Below are positions 44,650-55,194 of a DNA stretch of 64,000 bases, in pieces. Origin of the DNA: an uncultured delta proteobacterium (GTDB taxonomy: Bacteria > Desulfobacterota > Binatia > UBA9968). The translations under genes were made by a program, and so were the position numbers. The number at the start of each line of letters is the position of its first letter. Position 1 is the first letter of the stretch. The stretch is taken from positions 15,914 to 79,913 of the forward strand of contig CAVWLW010000065.1 of assembly GCA_963755715.1 (NCBI GenBank), written 5' to 3'. Below the pieces are notes generated by a model. The model was not told the origin of the DNA. It worked only from the letters and a program-made list of their open reading frames with translations, and searched no databases.

Positions 44650-45924
44650 TCAGCCCGGCAGTTCGGCTAGACGCCGCTTCAGAAACCGCCGCTCCGGCTC
44701 CTGCTCCGTGAGGCTCAGCGCTCGTTCGTAGGAGGCTCGGGCTTCCGCGATTCGCCCCAACCGCCGGCAGAGATCCGCCCGCGCTGCATGGGCGAGGTGG
44801 TAGCCGGAAAGATCACCGCGTTCCAGGATCGCGTCGATCAGCGCAACTCCCTCAGACGGACCGTCGCGCATCGCCACCGCCACCGCCCGGTTCAGCTCGA
44901 CCACGGGCGACGGCTCCGCCAGCGCTAGCAGGTCATAAAGCGCGACGATCTGGGTCCAGTCCGTGGCGGCGGCGTTGGCCGCATTAGCGTGCACGGCTGC
45001 GATCGCTCCTTGGACGGTGTATGGGCCAACCTGGTTTGCCGCCAGCGCCCGTTCCACCAGCGCTGAGCCCTCCGCGATCTGATCCCGGTTCCAAAGCGAG
45101 CGGTCCTGGTCGTTAAGCAGGATCAACTCCCCGCTCGACGATGTGCGCGCGGCGCGGCGCGAGTCGTGCAGCAGCATCAGCGCGAGCAGTCCCAGCGCTT
45201 CCGGCTCCGGCAGCAACTCCACAAGCAGCCGACCGAGGCTGATCGCCTCGCTTGAAAGATCGTGCCGCGTGAGTGCCGCACCGGATGACGCGGAATATCC
45301 CTCGTTGAACACGAGGTAGACGACCCGAAGCACGGCATCGAGTCGGTCCGGCAGCTCGGTCGCCGAGGGTACCTCGTAGGGAATGCGCGCGTTACGAATC
45401 TTTGCTTTGGCGCGGACGATGCGCTGCGCCACCGTGGCCGGCGATGAAAGAAACGCGCGCGCAACCTCCTCCGTTGTCAGGCCGCAGACTTCGCGCAGCG
45501 TCATCGCCACTTGAGCGTCCGGCGACAGGGCTGGATGGCAGCAGGTGAAGATGAGGCGCAGCCGATCGTCTTTGATGCTTTCGTCGTTCCACGCCTCGGG
45601 ATCATCGGTGTCCGCCACGAGTCGCTTGTCGATATCGTCCGGCAACGGCGTGAATCGGCTGCGCCGGCGAATTGCGTCGATCGCCTTGAAACGGCCGGTC
45701 GACACGAGCCAGGCGCGTGGATTGGCGGGGACACCATCGCGCGGCCATTGCTCCAAAGCCGCCCTGAAAGCGTCGTGCAATGCCTCTTCGGCGATATCGA
45801 AGTCGCCGAGTAGGCGGATTAACGTGGCGAGGACGTGGCGCGAATCGGAGCGGTAGACGGCGTCCACCGTGTTGCGCGCGTGTTCAGGCGCGATGCCTAA
45901 GCCGGTTTGTGGGTCGCGATCCAT
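44650..45924 (-). CDS. ECF42-type sigma factor with TPR-like C-terminal extension (sigma 2)
   Basis: AEEALHDAF...[32 protein letters not shown] and [11 protein letters not shown]; adjacent to five DGPF genes. Confidence 0.92.
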   Translation of the reverse strand: MDRDPQTGLGIAPEHARNTVDAVYRSDSRHVLATLIRLLGDFDIAEEALHDAFRAALEQWPRDGVPANPRAWLVSTGRFKAIDAIRRRSRFTPLPDDIDKRLVADTDDPEAWNDESIKDDRLRLIFTCCHPALSPDAQVAMTLREVCGLTTEEVARAFLSSPATVAQRIVRAKAKIRNARIPYEVPSATELPDRLDAVLRVVYLVFNEGYSASSGAALTRHDLSSEAISLGRLLVELLPEPEALGLLALMLLHDSRRAARTSSSGELILLNDQDRSLWNRDQIAEGSALVERALAANQVGPYTVQGAIAAVHANAANAAATDWTQIVALYDLLALAEPSPVVELNRAVAVAMRDGPSEGVALIDAILERGDLSGYHLAHAARADLCRRLGRIAEARASYERALSLTEQEPERRFLKRRLAELPG

Positions 45925-46177
45925 AACATGTTGCCTCTCATTTAAGGTTAGCGTGGGGTAGCGACTCAGAGCGGAGAATCGCTTTGGCATTTTCCGCCCA
46001 TCCGATCGCACTCTAAACTCTGCCAATTTTCTCGCAATCGGTGCCAAAATCAATGAGGGAAAGTAAATTGGCGGCGAGGCGAGTCCCATGAAACGATAGA
46101 GGTCTTATCGAAGACAAACCAAACGGATTCGCAGCGCAACGATTTGAACGGCTGGAACGAATTAAACGACTGTTGTT

Positions 46178-46449
46178 TCAGCGCGCAACCAGCAACGTGG
46201 GATCTGCGCAGTGACCCGCCGATCCTCGGGTTCGGCGGCGCTTTCGAACACGACTACCGATTTCCGCGCTCGGTGAGTAGATATTTATGAAAGTTAAAGC
46301 GCGGCGGCTTCCAGTCGTCGCCGCGAGTCAGGAAAGAGCCGGTTTGCGTTTCGCTGACGACCGAGGTCTTCGCAAACACGGAAACATGGTTGCCCTAGTA
46401 ACCGGCAGAATCGCGCGATCTCCTGGTTCGATCCCGGCTCCTGGCCGCC
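46178..46449 (-). pseudogene. Degraded glutathione peroxidase remnant (C-terminal part)
   Basis: GGQEPGSNQEIARFC, VFAKTSVV and PRFNFHKYL in shifting frames; N-terminus absent. Confidence 0.75.
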
Positions 46450-46451
46450 GA

Positions 46452-47081
46452 TCACGGCTTGATGGCGGCGAAAGCTTCGGCGATGCGCGTCGGCGCATTT
46501 GGGCGGGCGTACATCCGCTTCATGTAGGTGAGCAGCTGCGGGCAATCGTCGAGCAACTGGTCCTCGTTGGCCCAGTCGAGCGTGTATGCCATCACAAAAT
46601 CGGCGACCGTCACATTGTCGCCCACGATGAACTGCCGCCGTTGCATGTGCTCCTCTAACACAGATGCCATGGCCTTGAACTCCTGGCTGGCGGGGACCAC
46701 GTCCGCCGGCAAGCGCTGCTCTTCCGGATACAGCATCGTGTTGCGAGCGATGCGCCAGAGCGGCTGCTCCAACTCCGTCGCCGCGAACAGAAGCCAGCGG
46801 TTGACCTGCGCCCGCTCCTTAAGGTCGGTGGGGATCAGGCCTTTGTTGGAATACTTGTCGGCCAAGTAGAGCACGATGGCCACAGACTCGGTCAACACGA
46901 GGTCGCCGTCGACGAGCACTGGAATTTTGCCTGCGGGATTGATCTTGAGAAACTCGGGGCGCTGGTGCTCGCCGGCTAAGAGGTTGACGCGAATGGGTTC
47001 GAAATCCACGCCCAGCTCCTGGAGTGTCCAGCGCACGCGGATCGATCGGGTAGGGCCAAACTCGTATAGTTTCATCTTCAT
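46452..47081 (-). CDS. Glutathione S-transferase family
   Basis: TRS, INPAGKIPVL, ESVAI and TVADF. Confidence 0.92.
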   Translation of the reverse strand: MKMKLYEFGPTRSIRVRWTLQELGVDFEPIRVNLLAGEHQRPEFLKINPAGKIPVLVDGDLVLTESVAIVLYLADKYSNKGLIPTDLKERAQVNRWLLFAATELEQPLWRIARNTMLYPEEQRLPADVVPASQEFKAMASVLEEHMQRRQFIVGDNVTVADFVMAYTLDWANEDQLLDDCPQLLTYMKRMYARPNAPTRIAEAFAAIKP

Positions 47082-47149
47082 CGATACCTCCTTCTTCGGC
47101 CGCGCTTTGCGGCCGATCGCGATGTTTGAACCTAAGTTCTCGGCGAGCG

Positions 47150-47349
47150 CTACGGCTTCAAGTCGATCGCGGCTTTGAAGCTGCCGTCCATGTAGAAGGG
47201 GACCGAGCTACGCTCATGTGTGATCGTCCACTTCCCGTCGATTTTACGGAAGCCGAGGGTCTCGCGAAACCACAAGTCCACGTTCTGTCCGTCTAGTCGT
47301 TGTTGCCATCAGCCACGTCATCTTCGATGGGTTTACTGGTTGCCGTCAT
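47150..47349 (-). pseudogene. Internally deleted YybH/SnoaL-like (NTF2) gene
   Basis: RBS plus MTATSKPIED start, then DLWFRETLGFRKIDGKWTITHERSSVPFYMDGSFKAAIDLKP*. Confidence 0.75.
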
Positions 47350-47385
47350 TTTTTCTCCTCTCTAGCTTTTGTCTCGTTTCATTAA

Positions 47386-47415
47386 TACGACGAACGAGAA
47401 AATACCCTCGGGACA
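47386..47415 (-). promoter_or_regulatory. ECF promoter class B, TGTCCC-N17-CGTCGTA
   Basis: At the upstream end of the island. Confidence 0.8.
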
Positions 47416-47642
47416 TCATGCAGCGATTAAATTGTAAATCGCGTGCCAGTGCAAAGGCGGCAGCAAAAATAATTGCGACGTCGTTAGAAGCAAGTCCTGT
47501 ATGGATTTTTATAATTGCTAATCGGAAAAATCCTTCAACTCAGCACTGCCAGTTTTTATTTTCCATCCTTTGGGGCGATGCGACGAGTTGAAAACTCCTT
47601 CATATTTAGTGTCTTCCAAATGACCTAAAAAATTCTAGGCTG

Positions 47643-47658
47643 TTGGCATATGCATTGC
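47643..47658 (+). promoter_or_regulatory. Sigma-54 (-24/-12) promoter
   Basis: TTGGCATATGCATTGC upstream of the ABC permease. Confidence 0.65.
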
Positions 47659-47798
47659 GGCTCTGCTGTCAGAAGATTTTCGGCCTTTCATCTGTGCGCA
47701 ACCCCCAAGTAGTCACGTGTGTGATGATCCAAAGTAAACGGTGAATCGGTTGATTAAACCGAAGGAAATGAAGATCTACAGAAAAGGAGGGCAAGACT

Positions 47799-48650
47799 AT
47801 GGCTGACCAAAATATGGCTGCCGAAGAGACCTTATTAGACGTCCGAGTAGCGGAGGCTTCCAAACTCTATAAGTTCTATCTCAACCAGGAGAAGTTGATT
47901 CTTGGAACCCTCTCCGTAAGTCTTTTTCTTCTCGTCTGGGAGCTGGTCGGAAACGTATTTCAACTTATCAATCCGATGTTTATGAGCGCCCCATCGCTCA
48001 TCTGGAAAGCCGCTGTGCAGCTATTCGGCTCGGGCGAGATTTGGAATGATCTTAGCGTCAGCGGCATCGAATTCGGGTGGGGATATTTCTTATCGATTTT
48101 TGTTGGTGTCCCCTTTGGGATCGCTATTGGTTGGTACAAGAAGTTCGCTTATATCTGTGATCCATTCGTCAACGCGATGAACGCAACGCCGCGGGTTGCG
48201 CTTTTGCCTCTGATCATTATCTGGTTGGGCATCGGCATTCTTTCCAAGATCGGAATTATTTTTCTCGGCGCGGTATTCCCCTTGATCATCAATACGCGAG
48301 ACGGTGTGAAGACCACGCCTGTCAGTCTCCTCAACGCCGCGAGAAGCTTCGGTGCTTCGGAATGGCAGTTATTTAGAAGCGTGGTAGTGCCCTCGACGGT
48401 GCCATTTATCCTCACGGGATTGCGGTTGGCGATCGGCAGGGCGCTCATCGGTGTCATGGTTGGCGAGCTGTACGCCGCGACTGCCGGGATTGGATTCATG
48501 ATCACAGTAGCCGGCGCGACGTTCCAGACCGACAAGGTTTTTGTCGGCGTCCTTATATTTGCGCTCAGCGGCATGATCGCTACGGATGTTATCGATAGGA
48601 TAGAGCGGAGATTCGATAAGTGGCGACCTAAGGTAGGGTCGGATGAGTAG
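47799..48650 (+). CDS. NitT/TauT-type ABC permease
   Basis: NATPRVALLP, AARSFGAS EAA loop and GELYAATAGIG. Confidence 0.92.
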   Translation: MADQNMAAEETLLDVRVAEASKLYKFYLNQEKLILGTLSVSLFLLVWELVGNVFQLINPMFMSAPSLIWKAAVQLFGSGEIWNDLSVSGIEFGWGYFLSIFVGVPFGIAIGWYKKFAYICDPFVNAMNATPRVALLPLIIIWLGIGILSKIGIIFLGAVFPLIINTRDGVKTTPVSLLNAARSFGASEWQLFRSVVVPSTVPFILTGLRLAIGRALIGVMVGELYAATAGIGFMITVAGATFQTDKVFVGVLIFALSGMIATDVIDRIERRFDKWRPKVGSDE

Positions 48651-48740
48651 TTTCGGGGGTGAATCGCGAGGGGCCGTTTCATTTGCACATTGGTGTGAGG
48701 ATGGAGACGTTGCTTCGGACGTTGGCAGCGCGGTGTCCGG

Positions 48741-49445
48741 TTATGGTGTGTGGGCTAGCTCGAGGAATTCCGCGGCCAGCTTCGGACCGATGCCTTCATC
48801 CTCGTGTTTGAAAAATACATACGCATGATCCCACGGCTGCGAGAGGATTCGCCCTTTCCAATTTAATAAATCGGCGCGGCTGTATTCCGAGCGCCGCAGC
48901 CGGACGTAGCCCCATGTTGCAGTGGCGATCAGATTAGAAGTTTCGCTCTCATCCATTTCGGCCATACAGAGCGCGCAATTGTGCTCCCGTAGGGAGGCGA
49001 AGACCTCGTCATCGAACCAGGAAAGATGGCGGAACTCAAAAGCCACCGCTCGGTCTGCGGGCAAAATCGACAAGAAATTTTGCAACGTATCCAAGTTTTT
49101 TCGCAGATACGGCGGCAGCTGGAAGAGAACTGCACCTCTAGTCGAGCCCAACATTGTTTCTGCACGGAAAAGATATTCGACTTCGCTTGCCGCATCTTTG
49201 AGTCGTTTCACGTGGGTAATTTTCTGCGGCGCTTTAAGAACAAAGCGAAACTCGGCCGGCACCCGTTCGGCCCACGTCTGCAGCACGCTTTCTTTCGGCA
49301 GTCTATAAAATGTGTTGTTGATCTCGACCGCAGGCAGCCGCGCGGCGTAGAATCGCAGCATCTCTTTCGCCGCGAGGCGCTCGGGATAAAAGTTTCCGAG
49401 CCACGCTTTGTAGCTATAACCGCTGGTCCCTACCCATAATTTCAC
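48741..49445 (-). CDS. DUF72 (YecE-like) protein
   Basis: GTSGYSY, VEINNTFY, FQLPP and FEFRH.SW. Confidence 0.92.
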   Translation of the reverse strand: MKLWVGTSGYSYKAWLGNFYPERLAAKEMLRFYAARLPAVEINNTFYRLPKESVLQTWAERVPAEFRFVLKAPQKITHVKRLKDAASEVEYLFRAETMLGSTRGAVLFQLPPYLRKNLDTLQNFLSILPADRAVAFEFRHLSWFDDEVFASLREHNCALCMAEMDESETSNLIATATWGYVRLRRSEYSRADLLNWKGRILSQPWDHAYVFFKHEDEGIGPKLAAEFLELAHTP

Positions 49446-49649
49446 GGCCTCTCGCGCCTCCTGTCAAAAACCAAGATCCCGGATCTTGTGCTTGAATCAT
49501 ACCATCTACGGCTGCCGCTTTATAATCGGCGATCCCCATTCGGTCGCGTGTTATTCCGGTTGGCGGCCGAACCCTTGCATAACACTCTAATCCATTAAAC
49601 TGTTGTTTCCGACTTTACTTCACTAAACTAGCCGTTAATCTGAAGCGCT

Positions 49650-50502
49650 ATGGTTACGATAGTCTTTGCACTTCTCTCGGCGACTTTGTATGGCAGCGCC
49701 GATTTCCTCGGCGGCTTGGCGACGCGGCGATCTTCGGTGATGCCGGTGATGATCTTCTCCCAACTTGCCGGACTGATCATGCTTCTCCTGGTGTTGCCGT
49801 TCTTGCCTCCCGCAACCGCGACCCACGCCGACTTCGCTTGGGGCGCGCTGGCGGGTGGGGCGCTCGGCGTAGGATTGATGCTTCTCTATCAGGGGCTCGC
49901 GACCGGTAAGATGAGCGTGGTCGCTCCCGTCACCGCCGTCTTGGCAGTTGTGGTGTCGGCAGTCGCGGGAATCGTGCTCGGAGATCGTTTGTCGATGGGC
50001 GCGTTCTTAGGCGTAGTGCTCGCCATCGGTGCAATTACGCTGATCAGTCAAGACGGAGCGCAGAAGGCTACGAGGGAGCGAGGACTGGGCATCGCGCAAG
50101 GTCTTGCCTGCGGCGCTTTCAGCGGGGGTCTTGATCGGCGTGTTCTTCGCTGCGCTCAAACAAAGCAGCCCCACCTCCGGCCTGTTGCCGCTCGTTTCGG
50201 CGCGGCTGGCCGCGCTTGTCGTCCTCGGTGCCGTCACCTTCTGGCGACGGCCGCCGTTGCGCGTCGGTCGCGACGCGGTGTGGCTGATCATCGTCGGCGG
50301 CGCGCTCGACATCTTGGCAAACGTGCTCTATCTGCTTGCCACGCGTCTGGGCATGTTGACCATCGCTGCGACACTGACCTCGCTTTATCCCGCGAGCACG
50401 ATCCTTCTCGCGCGCTTGGTTCTCGGTGAACGGCTCCGCCGTATTCAAATTACCGGCTTGGCGTGCGCAGGAGTTGGCGTCGCACTCATCGGCGCAGGCT
50501 GA
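49650..50502 (+). CDS. EamA/DMT transporter (frameshift near 50100)
   Basis: YGSADFLGG, MSVVAP and TSLYPASTILLA..VLGERL. Confidence 0.85.
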
Positions 50503-50621
50503 TGACCGAGGGTGTTCATGGGGAAATTTTTTGCCGACGCACGAGGATTGCCGCGTACGATTACATGATAAAGCAAGGCCCGGCGCAAACACTCTGGGCG
50601 CCTGCTGATGCTCTTTGAGAC

Positions 50622-51635
50622 TTACTTTAAAGGGACTTGAAACAGTCCCTTTTGCTCCAACTTGCGAACCGTTCGGTCGTCGATAAGATCTTCGGCGCGC
50701 AGCCCGCGAATCTTTTCGTTGCTCGCGCCTAGCAGTCGAATCGTATTGCGCACGCCATCCGCGCTCGGATAAATCTTCTGCTCGTAAAGCGTCTTGATGA
50801 CTTCATACCCTTCGGTTGTGTCCTCGGGTTTGGACAAGCGCAAGCCTTTTGCGAGGCTGCGCATGACCGCGGCCTTATTAGCCGGCTCCCGGATAAAGGC
50901 GATCGCCTCGACGATGGCGGTCAATACCTTCTCGGCGACATCGGGATATTGGTTCACAAAGCTGCGCCGGGCGAAGACCGTTGTGCCTTGATACGGAATA
51001 CCCAAATCCGGCAAATCGGCCAAGACGCGATACCCTTGCCGTTTCAACGCCGTTGCGTAGGAATAGGTTGAGAGTTGCGTCGCGTCGATGGTGCCGGTGG
51101 TGATTGCTTGAGCGCGCACGGCATCGTTGCCGATCACACGGATGCTGATGTTGTCGCGCTTGGGATCGAGACCCCAATGTTCCAGCGCGAGCATCGTAAA
51201 TACCCAATTGCCGCCGCCGATGCTGGTAACGCCAATGGTTTTGTTTTTGAGATCAGCGGGCTTTCTGATATCGGGAGCCGTGACAATCGTGCCGGTCAAT
51301 TTGTTCACCAAACCGGCGATGAAAGCGAGATCGAGCCCGCCAGCCATCGCGCCTAGAATCGCGCCGGACGTCGAGCCCGTATTGATCTGTGAGTCACCGT
51401 GCGCAATCGAAGCCAGTGCCACCGGCGCGCTAGCAACATAGACTAGATCCACGTCGAGCCCCTGCTTGCGAAAGAGGCCTTGATCGCGTGCGACAAAAAG
51501 CGCGCCTTCGCGTTCGCTCAAGATCGCATAGCTGATCACGATTTTGCTTGGTGCTGCAGCAGCCCGAGAAGAAGTCGTCCAAAACGGAAACGCCAAAAGT
51601 GTTGCGATTAGAAATATCAAAGATGTTTTTGCCAT
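50622..51635 (-). CDS. NitT/TauT-type ABC substrate-binding protein
   Basis: Signal peptide, GLFRKQGLD and DLKNKTIGV. Confidence 0.85.
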   Translation of the reverse strand: MAKTSLIFLIATLLAFPFWTTSSRAAAAPSKIVISYAILSEREGALFVARDQGLFRKQGLDVDLVYVASAPVALASIAHGDSQINTGSTSGAILGAMAGGLDLAFIAGLVNKLTGTIVTAPDIRKPADLKNKTIGVTSIGGGNWVFTMLALEHWGLDPKRDNISIRVIGNDAVRAQAITTGTIDATQLSTYSYATALKRQGYRVLADLPDLGIPYQGTTVFARRSFVNQYPDVAEKVLTAIVEAIAFIREPANKAAVMRSLAKGLRLSKPEDTTEGYEVIKTLYEQKIYPSADGVRNTIRLLGASNEKIRGLRAEDLIDDRTVRKLEQKGLFQVPLK

Positions 51636-51828
51636 TCGCTTAGTTTGCCTCGTTCCTATCAAAGCACTGCGCGTCGCCTGCGAGCGGCGAACTTTTATGC
51701 TCATTCATCTTGTCTGCAATTTTGATTTTCGCAGCTTAACAGTTGGCGAGAAATCTTGAAAGTCGTAAGTGACTTTGCAAGCGACCCTTGTGTCTTCTCG
51801 GATCTATTTTTTTCAATTTGTTATCAGC

Positions 51829-52713
51829 TTATTCAAACCGAAATGACGCATCCGTGCCGGTCACCGCGCCCTTGAGCGATAAATTATTGAGTGTGCCTTT
51901 GAATTTGAGGTCATCGATGGTGTAGACGCCGTCAAAGCGCAGTGCTCTCGGCAAAGACTTTCTGAATTGCGGCAGAACGGCATTGACCTTTCCCAGATCG
52001 AGGGCATCAACGTGGATGTCGCCATCGAGGAGAACGTTGCGATAATCAGAATTTTCCGCGATAGGACCGACACGGCTCTTAAACTTTACGTTGGGTTTAG
52101 CGGCCATGACCGCAGCCTCTAGCTCGATGTCAAAGGGCTCGTCCCATTCGAAGTCATTCACTTTCAGGTTGATCTGCGTCGCCGTTAGCTCGCCGCCGTT
52201 CTTGAGATCGCGATAACGCAGCGTGCCATCCGAAACATTCATCGATGCAATCAAAAACAGCAGGCTGTTTTGCTTCTTGGCAGATGCGTTTTTGCCACTC
52301 TCCGCGCTCTCCCGGTCGGTTTTCTCATTGCGAGCGCTGCTCGCGAAGTTGTATTGCCCTCTGCCATCGCGAACAATCGTTATAAACGGCGACTCAAGCA
52401 CAAGTCTTTTGAACCGGAACTGGCCGATCAACAGCGGCAGAAACCGAAAATCTACGCGAAGATCCTTAGCGAGCAGAAAGGCGTCGGCGGAAAAGGCCGG
52501 ATCGTCGGCCATGGCAAAATTTACCAAACGAGCGCCAACCGGGCTGAGCGTCACCTCGATCTTGTCCACGGTAATCTTGCGCCCGAGTGCCTGCTCCAGC
52601 CGGCTGGTCAGATAATCTTTATTGCGCCGAACCAGGAAATTGACGTTCAACACCGCGAGAATCAAAACGCCACTCAAAGCCAACGCAACAGCGCCGATGA
52701 TCCGTTTACGCAT
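51829..52713 (-). CDS. AsmA family protein (short)
   Basis: N-terminal TM helix, LEQALGRKITV, ADDPAFS and a beta-rich body. Confidence 0.78.
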   Translation of the reverse strand: MRKRIIGAVALALSGVLILAVLNVNFLVRRNKDYLTSRLEQALGRKITVDKIEVTLSPVGARLVNFAMADDPAFSADAFLLAKDLRVDFRFLPLLIGQFRFKRLVLESPFITIVRDGRGQYNFASSARNEKTDRESAESGKNASAKKQNSLLFLIASMNVSDGTLRYRDLKNGGELTATQINLKVNDFEWDEPFDIELEAAVMAAKPNVKFKSRVGPIAENSDYRNVLLDGDIHVDALDLGKVNAVLPQFRKSLPRALRFDGVYTIDDLKFKGTLNNLSLKGAVTGTDASFRFE

Positions 52714-52805
52714 AGGCAGCTTAGTTTGATATCCCTTTCGAGGATGGTTGAAATCCCTCGCCCCTTCGACCGTGCTCAGGACATGCTTCAGGCGAAGTGA
52801 GAGTT

Positions 52806-52900
52806 CGTCATGCCTGTGCACGGCATCCAGGTTCGGTTCAAGTTCGAAAACCGCCTGGATTCCGGCTTCCGCCGGAACGACAAAAACAAGAGTCGACGAC
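52806..52900. repeat. Palindromic repeat family A copy
   Basis: GGCATCCAGGTTCG...GTTCAAGTTCGAAAACCGCCTGGATTCCGGCTTCCGCCGGAACGA; preceded by a CCCTTCGACCGTGCTCAGG REP-type half at about 52762. Confidence 0.85.
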
Positions 52901-53084
52901 TCGCCCGCGCCGCAGCTTCAACGTACCCGATTACACGTTGTCGCGATACAAAGCGCAACCGCAATGACCCGATCTCTGCAATCGGAATTATCCCGAGCAC
53001 TTGACTCATCCGTGGCCGCGCGGTTAAAAAGTCGCTAGCACGTCACCGCGCATTTACTCCTTACCTGCGGAAAGGAGTCCTATT

Positions 53085-53645
53085 ATGTTTGAAACCGAGC
53101 GATTCATCCAGGATTGTCGCGATGGTCTTCGCGATCCAAACCCACACGCCGCGATGCGAGAGATTGTCGCGCGAGCGGTGAGCGAACCGGGCCAGGTTTT
53201 GAAGTCGCTGGGCGAGCCAAAGCTTTCGGGTATCCAGACGCTTTACCGATCCGATACGCTGACGATTCTCAACGTTCTGTGGGGACCCGGCATGACTTTG
53301 TACCCGCATGATCATCGCATGTGGGCGGTGATCGGGATCTATAGCGGGCGCGAAGACAATGCGTTTTATCACAGGAGCGAAAGCGGTCTCGTTTCACACG
53401 GCGTAAAGACGCTCAGCCTCAAAGAAACGATTCCTCTCGGTGAAGCGGTAATCCACGCCGTGACGAATCCGCTCGATCGGATCACAGCAGCGCTCCACGT
53501 CTACGGCGGCGACTTCTTCGCCGTGCCGCGAAGCGAGTGGGACCCGCAGACGTTCCAAGAGCGGCCTTTCGATATCGAGCACGCCCGAGAGGTGTTTGCG
53601 GAAGCAAACAAACGTCTTGGTCATTCCGAGTTGGAAACCGACTAA
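53085..53645 (+). CDS. Cupin, cysteine dioxygenase-like
   Basis: PHDHRMWA, IHAVTNP and ALHVYGGD. Confidence 0.82.
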   Translation: MFETERFIQDCRDGLRDPNPHAAMREIVARAVSEPGQVLKSLGEPKLSGIQTLYRSDTLTILNVLWGPGMTLYPHDHRMWAVIGIYSGREDNAFYHRSESGLVSHGVKTLSLKETIPLGEAVIHAVTNPLDRITAALHVYGGDFFAVPRSEWDPQTFQERPFDIEHAREVFAEANKRLGHSELETD

Positions 53646-53930
53646 CGGAAATAAAAACTTCAGATTGCTTCCCCGACGAATCACGCAATATCGCAAAGGT
53701 AGAACTTGACGGGCAGAACCTTCGGGGTCGAGCTTCGATTTCTTTCAGTTGCTGCGCGCATCTTAAGCTTTGCGTAGAATCCAAACTTCGATTCGACTCC
53801 ATATCTGCGACGAATAAAATGCAAATCTGAAAAACAGCAAAGTTAAAGATCTGGCCCTACTGACGCCATAAATCGGCGCCCAACAAACGGGCAGAGGAAA
53901 AAGATTTTTATGACTGAACCAGCGGGCGCT

Positions 53931-54041
53931 CAACCCGCCGATCTTCCGGTCGAGCTGCCGAAGAAGTTCGAGTTCGTGATTAAGCTGAAGGCGGCTCAAG
54001 CCAATCGGTCTCCTGGCGAGAGCGGATAAGTGATGAAGTAA
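53931..54041 (+). pseudogene. C-terminal remnant of an ABC_sub_bind-type substrate-binding protein
   Basis: PADLPVELPKKFEFVIKLKAA..IGL..LARADK. Confidence 0.65.
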
Positions 54042-54212
54042 TCCAAGAAAAACGACGGGGGCGATGCTAGGATTGAATTGAATGCGCCGACTACACAATC
54101 GCGGTGAGACCTATTGAACCATCCGGTTCAGATTTTTCACGGTATTCGAAGAGATCAATGAACTGCTCCCCCATTCTCAGGACAAGGCTCTTTTGAAGTT
54201 TTTTGCTCCGGC

Positions 54213-54836
54213 TCAGAAAATACCGCGCCCCCGGATAGTTGCGGTATTTCCCGCGTTTGCGTTATAGAAATAACCGTAAATAATTGCGCCTCCGGCAATG
54301 TAGACGGTTTTTTCCGCTTCCAAACCTATCCCTGATCCGTTTCCGTGCACACCGGGCCCGAAATAGAGAATATTCGGATCCGAAGGTCTTGGCACGTTTT
54401 GCTCCCTAGGGTTCGCAAGAGATGAAGATTGTGTCGGTCGTCGCCGTTGATCTCTAATGATAGGTTAGCAGGATGAGAAAGAGAAAAGCTGATAGTGTCG
54501 GCGTTTATAGTCGGCTGGATATTATGCCGCAAAGGACGGATGGTAACGGTTGATACCGGAAAACAGCCGAAGCTTATCTGCACATTGACCGTACCGCTGA
54601 ATTCAAAATACGCATCGCCGCAACTTCATAACTGATGGGTTCATGGTGTATATCCTGAAAATTGCCTAGAAACCTTAACACTGATAGAAGTCGACATGCT
54701 GGCCGTGCGGTAACCGCAAAATTAGAAGATACAAGGAATGCCATCTATGGCGCCGGGTACGTTACTACCGATGCATCCGCATGCGCAGCGAACAAAACGG
54801 AGCCGATTATAATAAGGCCGATGATAAGTTGCGCAT
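54213..54836 (-). pseudogene. Degraded secreted beta-helix glycoside hydrolase (GH28/GH49-like) fragment
   Basis: Signal-like LIIGLIIIGSVLFAAHA-VVTYPAP, TIRP, LSLEING..HNLHL, YFGPGVH, TVYIAGGA and IRGRG, with stops and frameshifts. Confidence 0.6.
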
Positions 54837-55194
54837 GCCACTTATGTGACACTCACTCAAGTATGTGTTTGAAAAAGTCATTAGGTTGATAATCTCCGAT
54901 TCTGACTTGGTTGGATGAATTCGCATAGCATGAAAGCTTAATAAGGATCTTGCACACCCATGAGCTGCGTAATTCTTCGAGCGTAAGTAATGGAGCAAAA
55001 ATGCCGTATTTAAGAACGCAAAAAGCGCCCACAAGCAGCAGATTTTATCCCATAATCTTTGTTTCCGACTATCTCGGAGAGTCTTTTAAGTTTTCTCACT
55101 TTGTCTGACACTCACCTGGCGCGATGCTCTTTACCGCAGACGAGTGGTTTGCGTCACTTGAAATCGATTTGATCCCTGACCATCTACCCAGCCA

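Noticed and set aside
47434-47449. Minus-strand CTGGCACGCGATTTAC as a sigma-54 promoter
   Set aside because: The -12 element is TTAC rather than TTGC, and the ECF motif next to it already explains the locus.
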